Shown: positions 28,013 through 37,838, counted from the stretch's first letter. The stretch is 64,000 nt of DNA from Candidatus Brocadiaceae bacterium (GCA_012728835.1 JAAYEJ010000012.1:123207-187206); one strand, 5' to 3'. Translations and numbers: made by a program. Notes: generated by a model not told the origin, from the letters alone.

Positions 28013-28018
28013 TATAAT
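28013..28018 (+). promoter_or_regulatory. Candidate -10 box TATAAT upstream of the O-antigen-ligase-like gene
   Basis: Perfect TATAAT in GC-rich intergenic DNA, 57 nt before the GTG at 28075. No clear -35 box. Confidence 0.3.
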
Positions 28019-28074
28019 GCGGGCCGTTCCTTCAGACTGCGGGGGTCGTCCTGAACACACCGCGTGCACGCCCT

Positions 28075-30528
28075 GTGGATGCTGCGGATCCGACGCATGC
28101 CGACGCGCTGCGCGGGGCGGCGGCGTGTGTGCTGGGCGCTGCGCTGATCGCCGTCGCGGTGGCGGGCGGCCTGCTTCACTCCCTGGCCCAGACGGCGGTG
28201 CTCGGCCTCCTGCTCGCGGTCGGCACGCTGCTCTGGCTGGCCGCCGGCGTGCGGGCGGACGGGCTGCGGGTGCGGCTCTGCCGGTCGGTCGGCTTCTACC
28301 TTTCGTTCCTTGCGTTCGGCGTCATCTCGTCACTGTGCGCGGCGAACCGCTTCGCCGGCCTCCGCTGGTGCCTGCTGATGGCCGTCTACGGGCTGGCCGC
28401 GCTGCTGACGCTGCAACTGGCCCGAGAGCCCGCCCGGCGGCTCTTCCTGACGGCGTGCCTGGCGGCCACCGGCGCCGCTCTGGCCGCCTACGCGCTGTGG
28501 CACTACGCGATCTACGTGCCCGCCATCCGCCGCTGGCTGGCGATCGAGCCGGATCTGGTGCAGGCCGCCACCGGTGCGGCCGGCGCGCTGGCCGGCGACC
28601 TGGCCGACCGGGTCCGCGCCGACCGGGCCTACGGGAGCTTCATCACGCCGAACCAGATGGCCTGCTTCGCGGCGATGGGCTGCTTCCCGCTGGCCGGGCT
28701 GCTGGCGGCGGCCCGTCGGCGCGCGTGCGGACGGCGTGCGGCCAGCGTTCTGGCCGCCGCCAGCGTGCTGGCCGGCGCCGTGGCGCTGTGCGTCGGCGCG
28801 CTGCTGGCGAGCCGTTCGAAGGGTGGAATGGTCGCCTTCGCCTGCGGAGCGGCCGCCTGTGCGGTCGGCGCCGGCGTCCGGTCGGGGGGGAGTCGCCGGA
28901 CGCGGGCGGTCCTGGTCGCGGCGGCCGCCGTGGCGGTCCTGGCGGCCGGCATCGGCCTGGCCGGTGCGCGCGATCGCCTGCGGGCGTCCGTGGGCGTGCG
29001 CCTCGGCTACTGGCAGGTCAGCCTCCGGATGGCCGCCGAGCGGCCCCTGACGGGCGTCGGGCCGGACGGCTGGGCGGACCGGTACGCCATGCGGAAGGAA
29101 CCCGAGCACGAGGATGCCCGGGCTGCGCACAGCGCGCACCTGCAGGTCCTGGCCGAGACGGGCGTCGTCGGCCTGCTGCTCTGGTGTGCGACGTGGGCGG
29201 CGCTTCTGGTGTCGTGGATGGGTGGGCCGCCGCCGGACGATGCCTCGCCGTCCGGCGCGGGCGGGCGTGGGACGGCCGTCGCGATGGCGGCCCTGGCGGC
29301 CGTCGCCCTGGGCGTGGACGCCGCGTTGCTCGGCACGCTGCATCCGCCGCGCCACGTGCCGCCCTGGCTGGCGGATGCGCCCTGGCTGCCGTACGCCCTC
29401 GTCTGGTGCGTCTGGACGGCCGTGTTCGCCGCCGGGCTGACGGCCGGGGGCGAGGCCCGGGCGCGCGGGCCGCGGGTCGGTGTGGCCGCCGCGCTGGTCG
29501 TCTTCCTGGTCCACAGCGCGGGCGATTTCACCGTGCGCGTGCCCGCCATCGGGCTCGCGGCGGCCGTTCTGGCCGGGCTGTCGGCGGCGGCGGGCCGGCC
29601 GTGGGCCGAACTGCAGCTCGGGCGGCGCGGGGCGAGGGCGGCCCTGGCGGCCGGCACCCTCCTGACGGCGGTCTGGGCGCTGGCCGTCGCGCGGCCGGCG
29701 CTTGAGCAGTCGCGGGCCCTGGCCGCCGCCGAAGACCTCCGTCTGGAGCTGTTGAGCGGGCGGCCCGGTGGCGGCGACGGGCCGGCGGCCGTCCGGCGCC
29801 TGCTCGACGAGCACGAACGCGCATGTCGGGCGGTCCCGTGGGACGACGGCCCCTGGCGCGAGCGGGCCTCGGCCCTGCTCTGGCTGGCCGGCGGCGTTCC
29901 CGGCGGGCAGACGGGCCGCGAGGCCCTGGATGCCGCCGGGCGGGCGGTCGAACGGAACCCCCTGGCGGCCGCCAACTGGACCGTGCTGGCGCAGGCCCGA
30001 AGGGCGGCGGGGGACGCCGAGGGCGCCCTGGACGCCATCGTTCGCTCGGCCCAACTTCAGCCCTCGCTGCCGGCGGCGTGGTACCCCGTTGCGCGCGCAT
30101 ACGAGCAGGCGGGCCGGGCGGACGACGCGGCGGCCGCCTACGAGCGGATGCTCGCGCTGCTGCCCCGCCAGTATCATCCGCGCAACCGCGTCCCGGGGGA
30201 TGGCGACGAGCTGGTGCGCTTCTGGGCCGGTCCGACGGCGCGCCCGGGCTCCGTGACGGAACTGGCGCGCGCGATCGCCGTGCACGCCGGGGCCGTGGGG
30301 CCGGCGGCCGACGAGGCGGAGACGGTCGCGGCGCTGGCGGACGGGTTGGACGGCGGCCGGCCGCTGCTGCGCGACTGGCCGGCCCTGCATGAACCGGCCC
30401 GGTCGGAGCGGCTGTACCGGGTCGTGGGGCCGCGGCTCTGGCAGTGGGCGCTGGAGGAGAAGGTGCGCGGGCTCAGAACGCATCCGGCGACGCACGGCGA
30501 AACGGATGGAGCCAGCGGAGGGACTTGA
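28075..30528 (+). CDS. O-antigen-ligase-like (Wzy_C) polytopic membrane protein with C-terminal TPR region
   Basis: SRSKGGMVAF and AHSAHLQVLAETGVVGLLLW are Wzy_C-type motifs. More than 10 TM segments. The C-terminal roughly 250 aa are TPR-like (AWYPVARAYEQAGRADDAAAAYERML). The GTG start is uncertain. Confidence 0.65.
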   Translation: MDAADPTHADALRGAAACVLGAALIAVAVAGGLLHSLAQTAVLGLLLAVGTLLWLAAGVRADGLRVRLCRSVGFYLSFLAFGVISSLCAANRFAGLRWCLLMAVYGLAALLTLQLAREPARRLFLTACLAATGAALAAYALWHYAIYVPAIRRWLAIEPDLVQAATGAAGALAGDLADRVRADRAYGSFITPNQMACFAAMGCFPLAGLLAAARRRACGRRAASVLAAASVLAGAVALCVGALLASRSKGGMVAFACGAAACAVGAGVRSGGSRRTRAVLVAAAAVAVLAAGIGLAGARDRLRASVGVRLGYWQVSLRMAAERPLTGVGPDGWADRYAMRKEPEHEDARAAHSAHLQVLAETGVVGLLLWCATWAALLVSWMGGPPPDDASPSGAGGRGTAVAMAALAAVALGVDAALLGTLHPPRHVPPWLADAPWLPYALVWCVWTAVFAAGLTAGGEARARGPRVGVAAALVVFLVHSAGDFTVRVPAIGLAAAVLAGLSAAAGRPWAELQLGRRGARAALAAGTLLTAVWALAVARPALEQSRALAAAEDLRLELLSGRPGGGDGPAAVRRLLDEHERACRAVPWDDGPWRERASALLWLAGGVPGGQTGREALDAAGRAVERNPLAAANWTVLAQARRAAGDAEGALDAIVRSAQLQPSLPAAWYPVARAYEQAGRADDAAAAYERMLALLPRQYHPRNRVPGDGDELVRFWAGPTARPGSVTELARAIAVHAGAVGPAADEAETVAALADGLDGGRPLLRDWPALHEPARSERLYRVVGPRLWQWALEEKVRGLRTHPATHGETDGASGGT

Positions 30529-30581
30529 ACCCTCAACCCCGGCTTTACGAAAGCCGTGCTCTGCCATTGAGCTACGCTGGC
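30507..30581 (-). tRNA. tRNA-Thr (anticodon CGT), CCA encoded
   Basis: Reverse complement GCCAGCG-TA-GCTC-AATGGCA-GAGC-A-CGGCT-TTCGTAA-AGCCG-GGGTT-GAGGG-TTCAAGT-CCCTC-CGCTGGC-T-CCA. Confidence 0.9.
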
Positions 30582-30656
30582 CCGGCGTCCCCCCTCAGGG
30601 ACCGGTCCATCGTATCACGGGGCGGCCGTCGTGTCCAGTTCCCGCGGCCCTCGGCG

Positions 30657-31439
30657 CTACTGCATCTGCCGGATCCGCACCTCGATGTCCTCTTCGTCCG
30701 CCAGCAGCACGGCCAGTCTGGTCGCGTCCGTGTCGCCGTAGTGGTACGGGTAGAGGATGGAGGGGCGGATGGCCCGGGCGGCGTCGGCGGCCATCTCGGG
30801 CGTCATCGTGTAGGGCAGGTTCATCGGCAGGAAGGCCACGTCGATGTCGCGCAGATCCGCCATCTCCGGGATGTTCTCCGTGTCGCCCGCCACGTAGACG
30901 AGGGTGTCGCCGAACGCGATGACGTAGCCGTTGCCGTGCCCCTTCGGATGGAAGGGCGTGCCGGGCGACCGCATGTGCACGATGTTGTAGGCGGGCACGG
31001 CCCGGATCGGCAGCCCGCCCACCGTCTGCGAGTCGCCGTTCTTCATCACGAGGCCGCCCGGGAGCGTCGCGGCGGCCCGCTCGGTCAGGACGACGGTCGT
31101 GTCCGCCCTGCGGATGGCCTCCACGGCCTCTGCGTCCAGATGGTCGCCGTGCTCGTGGGTGATCAGGATGATGTCTGCAGGGGGCAGTTCGGAGTAGTCG
31201 GCTTCCCCAGAGACGGGGTCGACGTGGATGACCTTGCCCCCGCAGGTGAGCATCAGGGTCCCGTGCCCGATGAACGTGATCTTCAGTTCCCCGGCGGATG
31301 TCCGGATGACGTCTTCCTCGAACATGACCGTCCTCCTCTCCTCTGTCGCCGGCGGTGTCCCCCGGGCGCGACGTCCGCCGCCCGAGCACCCTGCGCACGC
31401 CGCCAGCACGATGGCCAGTGTTGTCCAGGCGAGTCTCAC
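30657..31439 (-). CDS. Metallo-beta-lactamase-fold hydrolase, lipoprotein
   Basis: The GTG at 31439 is preceded by AAGGAGGA at 4-nt spacing. Lipobox LAACAGCS. Metal motif THEHGDHLD (HxHxDH). Confidence 0.75.
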   Translation of the reverse strand: MRLAWTTLAIVLAACAGCSGGGRRARGTPPATEERRTVMFEEDVIRTSAGELKITFIGHGTLMLTCGGKVIHVDPVSGEADYSELPPADIILITHEHGDHLDAEAVEAIRRADTTVVLTERAAATLPGGLVMKNGDSQTVGGLPIRAVPAYNIVHMRSPGTPFHPKGHGNGYVIAFGDTLVYVAGDTENIPEMADLRDIDVAFLPMNLPYTMTPEMAADAARAIRPSILYPYHYGDTDATRLAVLLADEEDIEVRIRQMQ

Positions 31440-31567
31440 GGCTTCCTCCTTCGAACGCGCTTCGAGGTCACGATAGCCCGAGGCATCCTCCGCCGCAAGC
31501 GAGGACCGCACGGACGCCCCGGCTGTGCGCGTCCCACGGCGTTCTCGCCCGGCGGCGCGGAGGGTCC

Positions 31568-31596
31568 TTGACCGGCCGGCGGCAGGGCGGTATGCT
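31568..31596 (+). promoter_or_regulatory. Candidate sigma70-type promoter TTGACC-17-TATGCT for the ilvN-ptb-buk operon
   Basis: TTGACC at 31568-31573, an exact 17-nt spacer, and TATGCT at 31591-31596. It ends 38 nt before the ATG at 31635. Confidence 0.4.
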
Positions 31597-31634
31597 TCTG
31601 GCGGGGTGGCCCGTAGTGACAGGAGCGTGCCGCA

Positions 31635-32117
31635 ATGAAGCACACGATCTCATGCCTTGTACGCAACGAGCCGGGCGTCCTGGCGCATGTTGCGCGCCGT
31701 TTCGGTGACGAACACATCAACATCTACTCCCTGGCGGCCGGCACGACCGAAGACGACGCGATCAGCCGGATGACGATCGTCGTCGACGGCGACGATGCGA
31801 CCGTGGCCCACGTGGAGCAGATCATCCAGGGCCTGCCGAACGTGCTGGAGGTGCAGGACCTGGCCGGCGAGCAGTTTTTCGCGCGCGAGCTGCTGCTGGT
31901 CAAGGTGGCCGTCGTCCCGGCGTCGATCGGCCGTCTGATGCAGATGGCGGAGATGTTCGACGCGCGCGTGATCGGCGTGAGCGCGCGCACGATGACGCTC
32001 GAACTGGCGGCGGACGAACAGCGGATCAACGCCATGCTCCGCCTGCTGGAGCCCATGGAGATCATCAGCGTGGCCCGCAGCGGCCGCATCGCCGTTGCGG
32101 CGGGAGACAGGGGATGA
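31635..32117 (+). CDS. ilvN: Acetolactate synthase small (regulatory, ACT-domain) subunit homologue
   Basis: MKHTISCLVRNEPGVLAHVARRFGDEHINIYSLAAGTTEDDAISRMTIVV...ARELLLVKV...ISVARSGRIAV aligns over both the ACT and C-terminal domains of IlvH/IlvN. Confidence 0.85.
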   Translation: MKHTISCLVRNEPGVLAHVARRFGDEHINIYSLAAGTTEDDAISRMTIVVDGDDATVAHVEQIIQGLPNVLEVQDLAGEQFFARELLLVKVAVVPASIGRLMQMAEMFDARVIGVSARTMTLELAADEQRINAMLRLLEPMEIISVARSGRIAVAAGDRG

Positions 32118-33049
32118 CAGCCGCCCCCCGGCCCGATCACCCGCGCAGCCTGGAGGCCCTGCTGGAGGTCGTCCGGCGCCGGGGCGGCGTTCGCATGGCC
32201 ATCGCGGCGGCCGACGAGCCCCACTGCCTGCAGGCGGCCGTCGAGGCGGCGCGCCTGGGTGTCGCGACGCCCGTTCTGATTGGCGCCGCCGACGGCATCG
32301 GCCGGGCCGCCCAGCAGGGCGGGGTGGACGTCGGGGACCTGGAGATCGTGGAGTCCGGCGCCGCGGCGGACTGTGCGGCCCGGGCCGTGCGCATGGTGCA
32401 CGACGGCAGGGCGGACCTTCTGATGAAGGGGTCGCTGCCGACCAAGGTGCTGATGCGGGCGGTGCTCAACCGCGAGTTCGGGCTGCGGTCGCGCGGGCTG
32501 CTCTCGCAGGTGGCGGCCTTCGAGGCGCCGGGCGGCGGGCGGCTCGTGCTGCTGACCGACGCGGGTGTGAACGTCAACCCGCGTTTCCACCGCAAGATGG
32601 AGATCATTGCCAACGCCGTCGGCGTGGCCCGCCGGCTCGGCGTGGCCGAACCGAAGGTGGCTGTTCTGGCCGCCGTCGAGACGCTCGAACTGCCGGCAAT
32701 GCCGGCGACACTGGACGCGGAGATGTTGCGCCGCCTCGGCGAGTCGGGGTTCTTCGGCCGCTGCGCCGTGGCCGGTCCCATCGCGCTGGACGCCGCACTC
32801 TCGCGCGAACGCTCCGACCTGAAGGGCACACCCAATGCCGTGGCGGGCGCCGCCGACGTGCTGGTGGCCCCGAGCATCGAGACGGGCAACGTGCTCTACA
32901 AGTCCATCTCCTGCATCGCGGGCCAGGACCTCGCCTCGGCCGTGGTCGGCGCCGTGCGCCCGATCGTCGTGCCCAGCCGTGCCGATACCGTCCGCACGAA
33001 GCTCTACAGCATCGCGCTGGGGGCGCTGTTGAGCAAGGAGCCCGAATGA
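32114..33049 (+). CDS. ptb: Phosphate butyryltransferase (PTA_PTB family)
   Basis: MKGSLPTKVLMRAVLNREFGLR...LLTDAGVNVNP...PKVAVLAAVE...APSIETGNVLYKS...SRADT closely parallels clostridial Ptb. ATGA overlap with the ilvN stop. Confidence 0.9.
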   Translation: MTAAPRPDHPRSLEALLEVVRRRGGVRMAIAAADEPHCLQAAVEAARLGVATPVLIGAADGIGRAAQQGGVDVGDLEIVESGAAADCAARAVRMVHDGRADLLMKGSLPTKVLMRAVLNREFGLRSRGLLSQVAAFEAPGGGRLVLLTDAGVNVNPRFHRKMEIIANAVGVARRLGVAEPKVAVLAAVETLELPAMPATLDAEMLRRLGESGFFGRCAVAGPIALDAALSRERSDLKGTPNAVAGAADVLVAPSIETGNVLYKSISCIAGQDLASAVVGAVRPIVVPSRADTVRTKLYSIALGALLSKEPE

Positions 33050-34089
33050 CCGGACCTTCGGACGCGCCGCTGATCCTCGCCGTCAATCCCGGTTCGACGA
33101 CGAGCCAGTACGGCCTGTTCCGGGGCGCGGTCTGCCTGGGCGAGTCGGACCGGCCCACGGAGGGCAGCGTCGAGGCCGTGGTGGCCGGAGGGCGGCGCGT
33201 CGTGGCGGATCTCGGGCACCGCACCGCCGACCTGGCCGCCGTCATCGCGCGCGGCGGGCTGCTGCGCGCCGTCGCCGGCGGGGTCTACGAGATCAACGAC
33301 GCGCTCGTGCGCGACTGCCTGGAGCACCGATACGGCCGCCATGCGGCCAATCTGGGGCCGCCGGCTGCCCGCATGCTCGCCGAGCAAGCGTGCGCGCGCG
33401 CCTTCATCGCCGACCCGCCCACGACCGACGAGTTGTGCGACGAGGCTCGCCTGACCGGCCTGCCCGAGATCGGCCGGCGCAGCATCTTCCACGCCCTCAA
33501 TCACAAGGCGGTGGCCGCTGCGCTGGCCGCCGACCTGGGCACGACCTGCGCCGCCGCGCACCTCGTCGTGGTCCACATGGGCGGCGGGCTGAGCGTCGGC
33601 GCGCACCTTCGCGGGCGCGTGGTGGACGTCAACGACGCGCTGGAAGGCGACGGCCCGTTTGCCCTGAACCGCAGCGGGGGCCTGCCCGCGCTGGCGTTCG
33701 TGCGGTGGGCGCAGGGAAAGCCGGCGGACGAGGTCACGCGGGCCGTCTGCAAGACGGGCGGGCTGCTGGCACACCTGGGCACGCAGGACGGGCGGGAGAT
33801 CGAGCGGCGCGTGCAGGGGGGCGACGCGCGGGCGACGGCCGTCTTCGAGGCGTTCGCCTACAACATCGCGAAGGCCGTGGCCGCCCTGGCCGTGCCGCTG
33901 GAGGGCCGCGTGGACGGCATCGGCCTGACGGGCGGCCTGGCGCGCTGGCAGGGCCTGGTAGATCGGCTGCGCGAGCGACTCGCCTGGCTGGCGCCCGTGC
34001 ACGCCTACCCCGGCACGCGCGAGATCCCCGCCCTGGCGGCGGCCGCGCTCTCGGTGCTGACCGGCGAGCGCCGCGCCCGGGCCTACTGA
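33046..34089 (+). CDS. buk: Butyrate (branched-chain acyl) kinase
   Basis: ILAVNPGSTTSQYGLF, RGGLLR, HAANLG, RRSIFHALNHKAVA, VVHMGGGLSVGAH, EGDGPFALNRSGGLP and GLTGGLA. ATGA overlap with the ptb stop. Confidence 0.9.
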   Translation: MTGPSDAPLILAVNPGSTTSQYGLFRGAVCLGESDRPTEGSVEAVVAGGRRVVADLGHRTADLAAVIARGGLLRAVAGGVYEINDALVRDCLEHRYGRHAANLGPPAARMLAEQACARAFIADPPTTDELCDEARLTGLPEIGRRSIFHALNHKAVAAALAADLGTTCAAAHLVVVHMGGGLSVGAHLRGRVVDVNDALEGDGPFALNRSGGLPALAFVRWAQGKPADEVTRAVCKTGGLLAHLGTQDGREIERRVQGGDARATAVFEAFAYNIAKAVAALAVPLEGRVDGIGLTGGLARWQGLVDRLRERLAWLAPVHAYPGTREIPALAAAALSVLTGERRARAY

Positions 34090-34186
34090 CGCCTGGCCGG
34101 CCGTGCAGTATGGGCAGAGGCGCCCGGTTTCGCAGACGGGCCGCTCGCGTGCGGGGTGGGCGCCCCGCTATGATGGTGTACCGGCC

Positions 34187-34274
34187 GGAGGGGTGGCTGA
34201 GCGGACGAAAGCGGCGGTCTTGAAAACCGCTGTCCCTTCGGGGACCGGGGGTTCGAATCCCTCCCCCTCCGCCA
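34187..34274 (+). tRNA. tRNA-Ser (anticodon TGA), long variable arm, CCA encoded
   Basis: GGAGGGG-TG-GCTGAGCGGACGAAAGC-G-GCGGT-CTTGAAA-ACCGC-[TGTCCCTTCGGGGACC]-GGGGG-TTCGAAT-CCCTC-CCCCTCC-G-CCA. TATGAT lies 12 nt upstream. Confidence 0.92.
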
Positions 34275-34336
34275 GTTCCGTGGCGTTGCCGGCCGTCGTC
34301 TGCCCGGTTGGCGACCACGGGGGTCGCGGCCGGGCG

Positions 34337-34365
34337 TTGTAAACGGTCGGAACTTCGTCTATCAT
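34337..34365 (+). promoter_or_regulatory. Candidate promoter TTGTAA-17-TATCAT upstream of typA
   Basis: Both hexamers sit in an AT-richer patch with a 17-nt spacer. This implies a 5-prime UTR of about 93 nt. Confidence 0.35.
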
Positions 34366-34464
34366 CATTGCTTACCTCTCCTTCGGCCCCCGGGGTTCGT
34401 GTCGGCGCAGGCGGTCATGCTGTGCCGGCGGGGCGGGGCGTTGCCATACGAGCAGGATCCGCAC

Positions 34465-36345
34465 ATGACGCGTGTAGACAGAATCCGCAACCTCGCCATC
34501 ATCGCGCACGTCGATCACGGCAAGACGACCCTCATCGATGCGATCTTTCGCGCGGCGCACGTGTTCCGCGAGAACCAGCAGGTGGCCGAGCGCGTGATGG
34601 ACAACTACGAACTCGAGCGCGAGCGCGGCATCACCATCCGCGCCAAGCACTGCACGGTCACCTGGCGCGACCACCTCATCAACATCGTGGACACGCCCGG
34701 CCATGCCGATTTTTCGGGCGAGGTCGAGCGCGTGATGTCCATGGTGGATTCCTGCCTGCTGGTCGTGGACGCCGGCGAGGGGCCGATGCCGCAGACCCGC
34801 TACGTGCTGATGCGCGCCCTGCGCCTGGGCCTCCGCCCGATCGTCGTCATCAACAAGGTCGACAGGGCGAATGCCGACCCCGAAACGGCCCTGGGAAAGA
34901 CGTTCGACCTGTTCCTGGAACTCGGCGCCGACGACGCACAGGCCGACTTCCCGGTGCTCTACGCCTCCGCGCTGGACGGCTGGGCCGTGCGGGACCTGGA
35001 TGCCGACGCGCGCTCGGGCATGGACGCCCTGTTCGAGACCATCATCGCGTCCGCGCCGGCCCCCCGGGCGGACGTGGACGCCCCTTTCCGCATGCAGGTC
35101 AGCACGCTGGCCTGGAGCGACTACCTGGGGCAGATCGGCTGCGGACGCGTTCTGTCGGGCACGCTGCGCAAGGGCGACCCCATCGTGCGCACGGTGACCC
35201 GCTGGCGCCAGGCGGGCCGCCCGGAGGAGGGCTGGGACGTGGTGTCGTCCACGCCCGACCGGCTGCTGCACGTCTGGGTGACGCGCGGGCTGGAGCGGGT
35301 GCCGGTCGACGAGGCGAGCGCGGGCGACATCGTCTGGGTGGCCGGGCCGGAGCAGATCGGCATCGGCGACACGCTGTCGGCTTCGGAGGTGGAGTTGCCC
35401 GCCTGCATGCCGCTGGAGATCGAGGAGCCGACCGTCTCCATGTTTTTCGTGGTCAGTGACGGTCCGTTCGCCGGCGAGGAGGGCACGGTGATGATGATGC
35501 GCCAGATCCGCGCCCGTCTGGAGCGCGAATTGCGCACGAACGTGGCCCTGCGGGTGGAGGACGTGGGCCGGGCGGACGGGCTGAAGGTGAGCGGCCGGGG
35601 CGAGCTGCATCTGGGGATCCTGATCGAGGAGATGCGCCGCGAGGGGCTGGAGTTCTGCGTGTCCCGCCCGGAGGTGATCGTGCACGTGGACGACGCGGGC
35701 CGCCGGCTGGAGCCGATCGAGCGCCTGGTGGTCGACGTGCCGGCCGAGTTCCAGGGCGTAGTCATCGAGAAGGTGGCCCGCCGCAAGGGCGTCATGAAGC
35801 ACCTGGAGAACCCGGGCACGGGCGTGCTCCGCATGGAGTTCGAGGTGCCCACGCGCGGGTTGATCGGCTATCGGAGCGAGTTCCTCATGGACACGCGCGG
35901 CCTGGGCATCATGACCAACCGCTTCGCGGCCTACGGGCCGTGGCGGGGCGATATCCCGTCGCGCGTGCGCGGCTCGCTGGTCAGCCTGGCGACCGGCCCG
36001 GCCACCGCCTACCAGATGGAGGGGCTCCAGGAGCGCGCCGTGATGTTCGTCGACCCGGGCGAACGCGTCTACGCCGGCCAGATCGTCGGGGAGAACTCCC
36101 GGCCGGACGACATGACCTGCAACCCCACCAAGCGCAAGGCGCAGACGAACCACCGCTCCGCGTCCAAGGAGCAGGCCGTCGTCCTGGACGTGCCGCGCAA
36201 GATGACGCTGGACCAGGCGCTGGAGTGGATTGCGGCCGACGAGCTGGTGGAGGTGACGCCGAAGTCCATCCGCCTGCGCAAGGCCGTGCTGTGCGCCCAG
36301 CAGCGCAAGCGCGACCGGCGCCGTGAGCCGGCCCTGAACACGTGA
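34465..36345 (+). CDS. typA: Translational GTPase TypA/BipA
   Basis: Internal ATG ([26 protein letters not shown]...). DTPGHADF and NKVDR. Full length, about 626 aa. Confidence 0.95.
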   Translation: MTRVDRIRNLAIIAHVDHGKTTLIDAIFRAAHVFRENQQVAERVMDNYELERERGITIRAKHCTVTWRDHLINIVDTPGHADFSGEVERVMSMVDSCLLVVDAGEGPMPQTRYVLMRALRLGLRPIVVINKVDRANADPETALGKTFDLFLELGADDAQADFPVLYASALDGWAVRDLDADARSGMDALFETIIASAPAPRADVDAPFRMQVSTLAWSDYLGQIGCGRVLSGTLRKGDPIVRTVTRWRQAGRPEEGWDVVSSTPDRLLHVWVTRGLERVPVDEASAGDIVWVAGPEQIGIGDTLSASEVELPACMPLEIEEPTVSMFFVVSDGPFAGEEGTVMMMRQIRARLERELRTNVALRVEDVGRADGLKVSGRGELHLGILIEEMRREGLEFCVSRPEVIVHVDDAGRRLEPIERLVVDVPAEFQGVVIEKVARRKGVMKHLENPGTGVLRMEFEVPTRGLIGYRSEFLMDTRGLGIMTNRFAAYGPWRGDIPSRVRGSLVSLATGPATAYQMEGLQERAVMFVDPGERVYAGQIVGENSRPDDMTCNPTKRKAQTNHRSASKEQAVVLDVPRKMTLDQALEWIAADELVEVTPKSIRLRKAVLCAQQRKRDRRREPALNT

Positions 36346-36354
36346 CGCGGCCGC

Positions 36355-37665
36355 TCACGCCTCGTCGCGCGGGACCTCGGAGACGAGCGCCCGGGTCTTG
36401 CCGCCGGAGCTGGCCGGCAGGGCCGACACGATCTCCGTGTGGAACGTGACGGTCGGTCCCAGCACGCTGCGCACCCGGTCCTCGAGAAGCCGAAGCTGCT
36501 CGGGCGCCGGCGCGGGCCGCGCCACAGCGCGCAGGACGACCAGGTCCTTCCTCTTCTGTACGACCTGGTAGTGGTACAGCCACGGGGCGTCGCGGTACAG
36601 CGCACGCGTGATCTGATTGGGGTGCATGCGGCGGCCGTCGGGCAGGGGGAAGTAGTCGATGGTGCGCCCGAGGACGGCGCGGATCGTCGCGAACGGCGCG
36701 CCGCAGGCACATGCGGGCAGGCCCTGGGTCACGATGTCGCCGAGCCGGTAGCGGATGAAGGGCATCGCGTAGGAATGCAGGTTTGTGACGACGGGCTCGC
36801 CCTGTTCGCCCGGGGCGGCGGGGCGGCCGTCTCTGATCACCTCCAGGATCACGCCGTCGTCGCAGGTGTGCATCTCCCCGGTGGGCGGGCAGTCCCAGGC
36901 GATAAGGTTCAGCTCGTGGGCGCCGTAGAGGCCGTAGACAGGCGCCCCGAATGCCTGCCGGATGTGCCGGCGCATGGCCGGGGTGAGCACCTCCCCGCCC
37001 GCCATCACGAGGCGGGGGCGCAGAACGCGGCGGTCGGCGTCCGTCATCTCCTCGGCCAGGCGCATGAGAACGCCGGCGTAGGCCATGAGCGTGTCCGGCC
37101 GGTAGTCCCGAAGAACCCTCAGGATGTCGGACGCCTCGCGCGTGCAGTCGACCATGCGGTGGCGGAACCGCCCGAAGGCGTTCGCCAGGCGCCGGTCCGG
37201 TGTCGGGTCGTGCCCGACGCCGGTGCGCAGGAACCGGACGACGGCGACGCGGTCGGACGTGCGCGCGCCCAGGTGCCGATGCGCACGCATCCAGAAGCCC
37301 GCCATCAGGCGCTTCTCCAGGCGTGTGCGGCGGACGGTGAACGGTTCGCCGGAGACGCCGCTTGTTGTCACCCGCAGGAGGCGTTCCGGATCGAGACCGC
37401 CGGCGACCAGGTCCCGCGCGCGGACGGCACGCAGGTCGTTCTTGTCGCTGATCGGGATGGCGGGCAGGTCGGCGACCGTGCGGATGTCGCGCGGGCGCAG
37501 CCCGTGGCAGTCGAACAGGCGGCGGTAGTAGGGCACGCGGCCGTATGCGTGCGCCACGAGGTTGCGCAGAGCGCGGTCGCGAAACGCGGCCATGGCTCCC
37601 GGCGACGGCAGCGGGGCGCCCACTGCGGCACGCAGCGCACACAGGCGATCAGGCCGACCGGTCAA
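36355..37665 (-). CDS. Phenylacetate-CoA-ligase-family adenylating enzyme (PaaK/CapK/F390-synthetase-like)
   Basis: VPYYRRLF...DLPAIPISDKNDLR...TTSGVSGEPFTV (AMP-binding P-loop variant of this family). Possible alternative start at M25 (37593). Confidence 0.8.
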   Translation of the reverse strand: MTGRPDRLCALRAAVGAPLPSPGAMAAFRDRALRNLVAHAYGRVPYYRRLFDCHGLRPRDIRTVADLPAIPISDKNDLRAVRARDLVAGGLDPERLLRVTTSGVSGEPFTVRRTRLEKRLMAGFWMRAHRHLGARTSDRVAVVRFLRTGVGHDPTPDRRLANAFGRFRHRMVDCTREASDILRVLRDYRPDTLMAYAGVLMRLAEEMTDADRRVLRPRLVMAGGEVLTPAMRRHIRQAFGAPVYGLYGAHELNLIAWDCPPTGEMHTCDDGVILEVIRDGRPAAPGEQGEPVVTNLHSYAMPFIRYRLGDIVTQGLPACACGAPFATIRAVLGRTIDYFPLPDGRRMHPNQITRALYRDAPWLYHYQVVQKRKDLVVLRAVARPAPAPEQLRLLEDRVRSVLGPTVTFHTEIVSALPASSGGKTRALVSEVPRDEA

Positions 37666-37799
37666 CCGACGTCTCCGGCGAAGGGACGGACTTCAGGAGA
37701 TGGCCGCCCTCACGATCCTCCACGCACGGTTGCGCCGAGCCGCCCCGGGCGGGGGGGGGCTCCGTCGGCCCGTCTGCGACGCGGCTTGCCTGCCGACCC

Positions 37800-37820
37800 G
37801 GGAGGCCGCGCATGCCTCCC
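37800..37820 (-). terminator. GC hairpin 18 nt downstream of the ferritin-like gene (GGGAGGC-N7-GCCTCCC)
   Basis: Perfect 7-bp stem with no U-tract. Function is uncertain. Confidence 0.2.
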
Positions 37821-37838
37821 GCGCCGTGGATGCCGGGG

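Noticed and set aside
27788-28074. Sigma-54 (-24 TGGCAC / -12 TTGC) promoter near the NtrC-type regulator and elsewhere in intergenic DNA.
   Set aside because: A manual scan found TGGCAC or GTGCCA only inside coding regions (for example 2728, 10745, 14117), with no properly spaced TTGC partner in intergenic DNA. The scan was by eye and could have missed degenerate sites.
34168-34368. 66-aa minus-strand ORF with a strong SD (AAGGAGAGG) and an ATGATG start.
   Set aside because: Two-thirds of it is antisense to tRNA-Ser, and the product has no recognisable features. The pyrimidine-rich plus-strand sequence more likely belongs to the typA leader or promoter region.
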